Source: Patescibacteria group bacterium
GTDB lineage: Bacteria; Patescibacteriota; Patescibacteriia; S139-126; S139-133
Direction: 5' to 3'
Assembly: GCA_049604715.1 (NCBI GenBank)
Contig: JBMYTV010000004.1
Span: 22,535 to 86,534, forward strand
Length of the DNA: 64,000 nucleotides
Positions 57,601 to 64,000 of the stretch are shown piece after piece. The notes under the pieces were generated by a model. That model had not been told where the DNA came from. It worked only from the letters and a program-made list of their open reading frames with translations, and did no database searches. Each line of letters opens with the position of its first letter. Positions within the stretch are counted from its first letter, which is position 1. The translations under genes were made by a program, and so were the position numbers.

Positions 57601-58161
57601 TTATCAAACGATGATGGCTCTACCTGGCAGTACTGGAACGGTGGTGCATGGGCTACGGCTGGTGCGTCAAATTACAATACCGCAAGTACGGTAAATACTA
57701 ACATTAGTGGCTTCGCTACATCTAGTGGAGACCTACTTTTCAGAGCATTTTTAGAAAGTGATGGTACACAGCTTGTGCAACTAGATAACATCTCAGTGAC
57801 ATGGGGTGAGGGCTTGGGTGGTGGAAGTGGATATGAAACTAGCGGGTATCTTGTTTCATCGGCATTTAATATGAGTAATGCATCACCAGTGCAATTTATT
57901 TCCTGGTCAGAAGATGTGTCATGTAGTCCAAGCTGTGATATCCAACTACAGTTAAGGACTGCGCCTGATAGTGGTGGTTCCCCTGGTACCTGGACGAGCT
58001 GGACGGGTGCTGATGGTGTTGGTACGTATTTTGCAACATCAACTACGACTATGGTGCCTACATCGCTGAATGATAACCAATGGGTCCAGTATCGTGCTGA
58101 ACTATCTGGCGATGGGTCTGTTACGCCAATTCTATATGACGTAACCGTAAATTATAAATAA
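54658..58161 (+). CDS. giant pilin-like protein (1167 aa) with prepilin N-terminus and internal duplicated domain
   Basis: KYG|VSLFEAVIAMALF prepilin signature; Ser/Thr/Gly-rich; two ~110-aa repeats (...GEIYYQLSNDxGSTWxYW...LFRAFLESDGTQxVQLD...). Confidence 0.6.
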   Translation: MISFSDIQKNKYGVSLFEAVIAMALFALVAASLVSLGLGGFQGLQYAGNYAQAEGIATEGFEVLRALRHEAMNQFTYTTSSVSFSASDWDFDGEGTTEVIGPYTRIIAIEDVCRDGSDDITTCPGTYTDETSKFVTVTVTWNSFFGKSQTVVRQALITNWDSNDWTQTDWSGGSGQAIWSSSDEYDSDDTNVDVSTAGEVSLVNNGVGCGDYSWRFDSSGDYSFDNDFIEVTGSNAQLVSSSGGGNSDSYPYTSDSEGWVYADWDEGGGEVNVTGTHNASGGNPSGWLDINVPSGKNDEVGGYWYDALVTTSTASSATLSFDYTVTQYDTTPETFQIYAFIDAGSGEPTIGQEVWSSGELTTTASWTGSGSIDVSSDITAAGTYYIKLAVWVETPGGPGTGPFEIGFDNTDISWIGAASYPTSNPSVNPVSGYIPSGVDTWTGFTETASKDSGEIYYQLSNDSGSTWEYWSGSAWVTAGASNYNTASTINTNISSFATSSGSILFRAFLESDGTQFVQLDEVSISCEQSYAWPFTTPSNYTYDPGDIEVTGGVAQLIASGGGGEVFRVQEYYIGSGQFTGNTYTLQLNQDLVSNYFTLVQGSDGNGTNGSNRGPDENYAMIVSDPFGTGDLSTSGVSNEIVLQRGNSVDDWIGVVTVIECISNCTTDGFQLHDIQRVTHGTGNATGSDTSGTAWSDINQVMLFGGFNGPGCLTAENSNGEHDVCHVRIYPSGSDTIEWARNFTANSSESAVQVLEWGSNWTVQRETVTGTNGGNGVNATGEYNTASITSVARDNTWVWGVGYTSDDGIGDSSEGVVITLGDGVNQNASETSVAVGMEYTDSKFFEVYALTHDSLAVDYRFKTDGDSGNLTVDVTVDTAASSTARMALSYNTQNGTGGAFPRPMMSARYTADTTVRLERRRSGQNFAAWVQGIDFSGFNSYASYPTDLPTVQPASSYTQGAVDTWNSFTEISTKNGGEIYYQLSNDDGSTWQYWNGGAWATAGASNYNTASTVNTNISGFATSSGDLLFRAFLESDGTQLVQLDNISVTWGEGLGGGSGYETSGYLVSSAFNMSNASPVQFISWSEDVSCSPSCDIQLQLRTAPDSGGSPGTWTSWTGADGVGTYFATSTTTMVPTSLNDNQWVQYRAELSGDGSVTPILYDVTVNYK

Positions 58162-58164
58162 CGC

Positions 58165-58683
58165 ATGAAGAGCAAAAGTAAAAATCAAGGATTTACACTT
58201 ATCGAGGTAATTATCTATGTCGCTATTGCGGGTATTATTGCGTCAACTTTGATTCAGTATTCAGTAACTATTTCACAATCCCGTAACAAGCAGTTTGTTA
58301 TGCGTGAGGTTGAGCATAATACGCGTGCAGTAATTGGTTTTCTTGAGCAATATATTCGTGAGTCAGATAGCATAGCGACCTCAACTTCAGTATTTGGTTC
58401 AGATCCTGCAACTTTGGTACTTAATAGAGCTGCTGTAGCAGAGCAGCCTACAACCATTACGCTTACTGAAGACAATGGCGTGGTAACTATATTACAAGGA
58501 AGTGGTACAACCACGGCTATTATGAGCGATACAGTGAGTGTGCCAGATTTTCGTATGGAATACGTTACAGCAGGCGATAGAGAAGGTGTGCGCATTTTTA
58601 TGACTGTAGCTGGCGCGAGAGCGTCTGATGTATATTTTGAGTATACATTGACTACAACATCAACAATTTTACTGAGACAATGA
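58165..58683 (+). CDS. prepilin-type minor pilin
   Basis: KNQG|FTLIEVIIYVAIAGIIAS. Confidence 0.65.
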   Translation: MKSKSKNQGFTLIEVIIYVAIAGIIASTLIQYSVTISQSRNKQFVMREVEHNTRAVIGFLEQYIRESDSIATSTSVFGSDPATLVLNRAAVAEQPTTITLTEDNGVVTILQGSGTTTAIMSDTVSVPDFRMEYVTAGDREGVRIFMTVAGARASDVYFEYTLTTTSTILLRQ

Positions 58684-59069
58684 GAAAAACACCTGACAAC
58701 CAAAATGGACTAGCTTTACTTGTAGTGGTTATTATTATTGCATTTACAGCATTAACATATTCACTTGGTACAAGCTTGCTTGGTATAGCAGCCCTTGAGC
58801 ATGGTGTTCGTAGTGATGCTGCGGCAGAGGTCCATGGATATACAGAAAGTTGCATTGAAGAAGGCCTAGGACGTCTTCGTACGGACAATTCATACAGTGG
58901 AGGTTCGTTGAGTATCGGCTCTGGTTCTTGTATACTAAGTGTAACGGGCGCTGGTTCCACGCGTACACTAGTCGCAACAGGAACAATTGATATTTTTTCT
59001 CGTGTTCTTGAGGTAGATGTAACACTTGGCGCTTCAACTATAACTGTTGATTCTTGGAACGTACAGTAA
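58680..59069 (+). CDS. pilin-like protein lacking Glu5 (PilX/GspK-like minor pilin candidate)
   Basis: QNG|LALLVVVIIIAF hydrophobic N-terminus with no Glu at +5. Confidence 0.45.
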   Translation: MRKTPDNQNGLALLVVVIIIAFTALTYSLGTSLLGIAALEHGVRSDAAAEVHGYTESCIEEGLGRLRTDNSYSGGSLSIGSGSCILSVTGAGSTRTLVATGTIDIFSRVLEVDVTLGASTITVDSWNVQ

Positions 59070-60339
59070 TATGCGTATGTCTATGAAATCATTATCAATA
59101 GGTTTAGACATCTCTGATGATACTATAGAGCTAGTAGCAGCACGTCGCAAGGGAAAGGACGTGTCTTTTGAGGTGGCGCTTCACAAAGCAGTGCCAAAGG
59201 GAAGTATAAAGCAAGGTCGTATAAAAAAACCTGAAATAGTAAAAAAGTTTTTACATGATGTTTTTAGTGAAGCTGAGCGCTTAGGCGAAATAAAAATAAA
59301 AGATATAAATCTTATTTTGCCAGATAGTGCAGTTTTTACTCATGTTTTTCGTTATGACCATGCGTATATAGAAAAAGAATCACTTGAAGAGGCAGTACCA
59401 AAAAGTATTCAGAAAATAGTACCACTACGTCCACAAGAGCTAAGGTACATGTATACTGTGCAGAAAGAGACAAAAGAGATGACCGATGTGCTTGTCATTG
59501 CAACTAGTAGCAAGGTACTTGATCAGTGGCAGTCAATGCTAGCATCACTGCATGTGAGTATAAAGTATTTAGACACAGTATCACTCGCGCATGCACGGGA
59601 GTTGTTTCCGAAAGTAACTGAGCCAACAGCTGTGATTGACTGTGGTGCAAGCTCTACGACATTGACTATACTCGATTCATCTGGACTGCGGTATAGCCAG
59701 CAAATATATATGGCTGGTAACGCAATAACTGATGGTATAGCAAGTGCGCTTGGGATGTCTGTTGATGAAGCTGAACAACTAAAAGTATCACAGGGTATGA
59801 CTAGTGGTGCAGATGACTATAAAACAGCTGTAGCTGATGTAGTACAAAAGATAGGCGCAGAACTTCAAAAAAATCTTATTCATTTTGAGCAGTTTTATAC
59901 AGAGGAGATAACATCAACACATGTGACAGGTGGAACAGCCTACCTAACAGGCTTTACAGAATACTTAGATAGTATTCTGAAGCGCTCTCTTAAGCTGGCA
60001 ACTCCGCGATTTTCTGTTGGTCATGTTGATTTGTTGTATGTAGCTGCTGCTGGCTCTGCGCGAAGAGGGCTAGAGTCTACATATGGATTATCATTGTCAT
60101 TTAAGCAGTTAGATGAAGTAGCAGAAAAGCAGCCAAAGAAAAAAAGAAAATCAACAAAACGCATGGATGACCAAGAAGGAAAGTCAGTTAAGAAGCAAAT
60201 CATTATTTTAGTAACTATACTAGTGCTTGGTGCATTGCTTATTGTTGCTGCATGGAGCGCTAAAAATAACGACGCTGTTTCTGAAAGCGATGCTGCTCGG
60301 CAACAATCACTTGATCAGCTTGAACAGTTACCTGAGTAA
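59047..60339 (+). CDS. pilM: PilM-like actin-fold protein with C-terminal PilN-like TM segment (fusion)
   Basis: SIGLDISDDTIELV actin-like ATPase start; C-terminal TM QIIILVTILVLGALLIVAAW. Confidence 0.65.
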   Translation: MILGTYSNMRMSMKSLSIGLDISDDTIELVAARRKGKDVSFEVALHKAVPKGSIKQGRIKKPEIVKKFLHDVFSEAERLGEIKIKDINLILPDSAVFTHVFRYDHAYIEKESLEEAVPKSIQKIVPLRPQELRYMYTVQKETKEMTDVLVIATSSKVLDQWQSMLASLHVSIKYLDTVSLAHARELFPKVTEPTAVIDCGASSTTLTILDSSGLRYSQQIYMAGNAITDGIASALGMSVDEAEQLKVSQGMTSGADDYKTAVADVVQKIGAELQKNLIHFEQFYTEEITSTHVTGGTAYLTGFTEYLDSILKRSLKLATPRFSVGHVDLLYVAAAGSARRGLESTYGLSLSFKQLDEVAEKQPKKKRKSTKRMDDQEGKSVKKQIIILVTILVLGALLIVAAWSAKNNDAVSESDAARQQSLDQLEQLPE

Positions 60340-60374
60340 AAAAGTATGATATAATATTCATATAGAAAAATCCC

Positions 60375-60881
60375 ATGTCTATACACACAAAAAAAGGTTT
60401 TACCCTCATAGAACTACTTTTGGTTATCGCTATTATTGCGATTTTAGCGGCAGTAGTTTTTGTTGCGCTCGATCCTTTGCGTCGTTTTCAAGATTCACGT
60501 GACTCTTCACGCTGGCAAGATGTTGCTGCGGTTGTCTCAGCCATCAAGGTGGATCAGGTTGATAACGGAGGGGAATACTTGAGTGACATTGATTCACTTA
60601 CATATGGCAGTGTTTATATGATTGTTGATGGTAGTACCTCGAGTGGATGTGATGATCAAAATGCTTTTTGTGACGAAAATGTCTCTGGTGATAGTTATTG
60701 TGTAGATTTGTCAGGGCTGGTTGATCAGGGGTACTTAAGTGATGTGCCTGTTAGTCCAGAAGGTGATGGTACATGGACGAGTGATATTAGTGGTTATACA
60801 TTAACTGCTTCGTCCACAGGGCAGATAACAGTCCGTGCGTGCGAATCAGAAAATAGTACAGATATTTATATAACAAGATAA
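60375..60881 (+). CDS. type IV pilin (major pilin candidate), paralog 1
   Basis: KKG|FTLIELLLVIAIIAILAAV; C-terminal Cys pairs. Confidence 0.75.
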   Translation: MSIHTKKGFTLIELLLVIAIIAILAAVVFVALDPLRRFQDSRDSSRWQDVAAVVSAIKVDQVDNGGEYLSDIDSLTYGSVYMIVDGSTSSGCDDQNAFCDENVSGDSYCVDLSGLVDQGYLSDVPVSPEGDGTWTSDISGYTLTASSTGQITVRACESENSTDIYITR

Positions 60882-60894
60882 TTAAAAAATATAC

Positions 60895-61386
60895 GTGTAT
60901 ATGAAACACACTAAAGGTTTTACGCTCATTGAGCTTCTTATCATTATCGCGATCATCGCAATTTTGGCTGCTGTTGCATTTGTATCACTGGATCCTTTGA
61001 CTCGTTTTCGTGATTCGCGTGATGCAGCTCGCTGGTCAGATATTTCTGCTGTTTTGACTGCATCTAAAGTTGATCAGGTTGATAATGAAGGTAGTTATTT
61101 ATCAGCTATTGATAGTTTGACAACTAGCACTAACTACATGATCGGTACTGCAGGTAGTGGCTGTGATGCAACGCCGTGTGATGTGTCTATCAGTGGTAGT
61201 AACTGCGTTGATCTTACAGGTCTTGTAACTGAGGGGTATCTTGCGTCTGTACCTATTAGTCCGAATGGTAGTGGTAGTTGGGATGCTACACTAACTGGAT
61301 ATTATATGGTGAAATCAACTACAGGCGCATTGACAGTTGGAGCATGCGAGTCAGAAAATACTACATCTATTAGTATACAGCGTTAA
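60895..61386 (+). CDS. type IV pilin, paralog 2
   Basis: TKG|FTLIELLIIIAIIAILAAV; collinear similarity to the 60375 product. Confidence 0.75.
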   Translation: MYMKHTKGFTLIELLIIIAIIAILAAVAFVSLDPLTRFRDSRDAARWSDISAVLTASKVDQVDNEGSYLSAIDSLTTSTNYMIGTAGSGCDATPCDVSISGSNCVDLTGLVTEGYLASVPISPNGSGSWDATLTGYYMVKSTTGALTVGACESENTTSISIQR

Positions 61387-61399
61387 TATTGTATGGAGG

Positions 61400-62677
61400 A
61401 TGACAGACAATCATACTGATTTACAAAAAAAGTACTTAGAAAGTGAGCAGCGGTTTCAGGGAGCATTTGAAACCGCTGCTATTGGTATGGCGCTAGTTGC
61501 GCCAGATGGTGCGTGGCTTGAGGTGAATAAGTCGCTTTGTGATATGGTTGGATATTCTAAGGACGAGCTTATGAACAAAACATTTCAAGATATCACGCAC
61601 CCAGATGATCTAGATGCAGATCTTGAGTATGTAAAGCAAATGCTAGATGATAAGATCCAAACATATCAGATGGAAAAGAGATATTTTCATAAAAGTGGGA
61701 GAATTGTTTGGATTCTTTTGAGCGTGTCTCTTGTACGTGATGAAAATAATAAACCCCTTTACTTTGTTTCGCAGATTTCTAACATTACAAAACGAAAATT
61801 GCTTGAGTATGAGATGGAGGTTAAGCTTGAAGAGTTTCAATTGTTGGTTGGAAATCTAACTGATGTTGTCTCGCGTCACGATTCTTTTGCAGTGTATACA
61901 TATGTTACCCCTTCGGTTAAAGCAGTGCTTGGATATAAGCCAAGTGAGCTTATAGGTAAATCAGCATACGATTTGTTTCATAAAGATGACATACCAAATG
62001 TACAAAAGTCACACGCTGCTGACCTGAAGGCTAATGAAGTCAATACGGTTGTGTACCGCATACGCCGTAAAGATGGTGAATATATATGGTTTGAATCAAC
62101 ACATCGTGCTGTCTATGATGATGAAGGTAAGATCCGAGAGATTATAGTAGTATCTCGTGATATAACTGAGCGTAAGAATCTGGAAGAGCGTCTTGAGTAT
62201 GCACTGCAGGGCGCACGTGATGGGTTGTGGGACTGGCTTATCCAAGACGATAAGGTGTTTTTTTCTCCTAGATGGAAGGAAATGCTTGGGTATAAGGACA
62301 AAGAAATCAATAACGTTTTTGCTGAGTGGGAAAAATTACTTCACCCAGATGATTTGGTAACTGCAAAAAAATATATTGATGATTTTTTCAAAAATAGTGA
62401 CAGCGATGATTACGAGCAGATATTTCGCATGCGAAGAAAAGATGGTGACTATGCAACAATTTTATCTCGTGGTCACTTGATACGGGATGTAAAGGGTAAG
62501 CCTTATCGTATGGTAGGTACCCATACAGATATTTCTGCCCAGAAGAAGCTAGAGTTCACTTTAAAAGCAAAGATCGACGAGTTAGAAAAAATTAACTCTG
62601 TTGCAGTTGAACGGGAGCTTAAAATGATCGAGCTCAAAAAAGAGATAGAGGTATTTAAAAAAACTCAGACTAGGTAG
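61400..62677 (+). CDS. multi-PAS-domain protein with no recognisable output domain
   Basis: Three PAS/PAC-like repeats then a C-terminal coiled coil; start set at the ATG preceded by GGAGG. Confidence 0.6.
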   Translation: MTDNHTDLQKKYLESEQRFQGAFETAAIGMALVAPDGAWLEVNKSLCDMVGYSKDELMNKTFQDITHPDDLDADLEYVKQMLDDKIQTYQMEKRYFHKSGRIVWILLSVSLVRDENNKPLYFVSQISNITKRKLLEYEMEVKLEEFQLLVGNLTDVVSRHDSFAVYTYVTPSVKAVLGYKPSELIGKSAYDLFHKDDIPNVQKSHAADLKANEVNTVVYRIRRKDGEYIWFESTHRAVYDDEGKIREIIVVSRDITERKNLEERLEYALQGARDGLWDWLIQDDKVFFSPRWKEMLGYKDKEINNVFAEWEKLLHPDDLVTAKKYIDDFFKNSDSDDYEQIFRMRRKDGDYATILSRGHLIRDVKGKPYRMVGTHTDISAQKKLEFTLKAKIDELEKINSVAVERELKMIELKKEIEVFKKTQTR

Positions 62678-62682
62678 TATAT

Positions 62683-64000
62683 GCATATATCAAAAATGGG
62701 ATTACATACAAAAATAGTTATCCTGGGCATTGTGTCTGTCATTGGTATTTTTGTTATCCTTTCTTTTTTTGTTAATTACACATTTTCAAATGTTATTATT
62801 TCGCGGGAGCTAGATAATTATCAGCAAAGAGTATTGTTGACAAGGGACGTTTTTGAGCTCAGGCTGTCTCAAATCAGAAATGATATCAAGATTATCAGTG
62901 GCTTACCGCCGATTCAAGGGATTATCAGAGCCCAAGACAATGGCGGTGTAGATCCACTTGATGGTTCTAGTCTTACTTTGTGGCGAGGCCGATTAGAGCA
63001 AATATTTTACCAATATGCCACTGAGCACACGGATTATGTTCAGATGCGTATGATTGATGAGACAGGGAAAGAGTTAGTTCGTGTAGATCATAATGGTGTT
63101 ATACAAATAGTGCAAGGTAATGACTTACAGGACAAGTCTGATAGACATTACTTTATTGAGAGTATGGCGCGTGAGCCTAGCTCACATTATATTTCAGCAA
63201 TTGACCTGAATAAAGAGGGTTCGCCTCCGTTGATTGAGATACCGCACAAGCCAGTTATCAGGTATGGAATGCCAGTAAATGATGCTAAGGGACTTAAGAA
63301 TAGGGCTGTGGTGTTTATTAATGTGGCATTGGGTAATTTTTTGGAAAATGTTAAAAAAGATAATAACGAAACTTTATTCTTTATAATCGACCAGGATGGG
63401 TATTATATTTCTCATTCAGTGGCGACAAAAGAGTGGGGTAGTCCAAGAGATCTCAATACAGAAGAGAATGTTTATAATGATTACCCAGAATTGGCAAGAG
63501 ATTTGTTAACAGCAAATAGGCAGGTCATTGAGTCGGCGGATAACTATTTTATAAAGGCCAAGGTATCGCTTGATGGGGTGGATGATAAGCACTTTCATTT
63601 AGTAAAAGTGGTACCAAAAAGTGTGATCCAGTATCAGACAAATACCATAGTATATATTATTTTGTATGCCATTGGAATATTCTTATTGATGTTTCTTTTG
63701 ATGTTAACTTACCTGCTCAATACATTTACAAAACCACTGAAGCTTATAACAAATGCTGCTGTACAAATTGAAGAAGGGAATTTTGAAACACAACTACCCC
63801 ATAGCGGTGATAAAGACACCCATAAGCTGGTCGATGCATTTACACTTATGCAAAAAAGTTTGAAAAAGAAGCAGCAAGAGTTAGAGGATCAAATTGTACA
63901 TCAACAAGAGCGTATTGAAGTTGCAAAAGAAGAACTGAAAGAGCAATATCAAGAGTCAGAAAAGATGAACGAGCTTATGGTTAATCGTGAAATTAAGATG
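62683..64000 (+). CDS. membrane sensor protein, N-terminal part (TM, periplasmic Cache-like, second TM, HAMP-like); truncated by the window end
   Basis: Open frame from the ATG at 62683 to the window end; TM at residues ~12-35 and ~325-345; HAMP-like segment after the second TM. Confidence 0.45.

Noticed and set aside
1-64000. CRISPR arrays, rRNA genes, tmRNA/RNase P
   Set aside because: Scanned intergenic spacers for regularly spaced direct repeats and rRNA-like conserved stretches and found none. A sensitive covariance-model scan could not be run, so tmRNA, RNase P and other small RNAs are not excluded.

Overview
Densely packed, low-GC bacterial segment with short intergenic spacers and many overlapping start/stop codons. 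By inference the gene content fits a small-genome, CPR/Patescibacteria-like organism: AspRS without the GAD domain, abundant type IV pilins and a PilM-N fusion. The window has four parts. (1) 1-22.4 kb is housekeeping: CBS protein, ileS, recO, tgt, a membrane-anchored ClpA/B-like AAA+ operon, asnS, aspS, scpAB, a D-Ala-D-Ala carboxypeptidase and tpiA. (2) ~22.4-23.9 kb is a tRNA hot-spot: tRNA-Thr, tRNA-Tyr, tRNA-Thr, a Cys-less L33, a lipoprotein, then a GIY-YIG gene lying between a degenerate 5' half-copy of tRNA-Trp and an intact tRNA-Trp. (3) ~23.9-49.4 kb is an accessory, island-like region. It carries an RHH regulator, ABC1 kinase, large serine recombinase, and a Dsb/copper module (DsbA, CcdA, CsoR, rhodanese, DUF302, CopA P-type ATPase, multicopper oxidase) bracketed by a near-identical 20-bp direct repeat. 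It also carries a thermonuclease, a phage-type terL-terS-ParB/methyltransferase operon transcribed divergently from a LexA/CI-like S24 repressor, and a co-directional cargo operon (ComEC-like MBL protein, two unknown proteins, TspO, DUF1295). (4) 51-64 kb is a type IV pilus locus: REC, PilB, PilC, several (pseudo)pilins including an 1167-aa pilin-like giant with an internal duplication, PilM-N, and two tandem major pilin paralogs. A PAS-only protein and the start of a membrane sensor follow. Most unusual points visible in the sequence: a histidine-phosphatase (PGAM-like) domain inserted inside IleRS; a membrane-anchored ClpA/B-like unfoldase whose D1 Walker B glutamate is asparagine, translationally coupled to a small membrane protein and a Zn-ribbon protein; a TGT lacking its CxCxxC zinc site; and the tRNA-Trp/GIY-YIG rearrangement with two small palindromic insertions. 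No rRNA or CRISPR array was seen. All calls come from reading the translations and DNA; no database search was possible.
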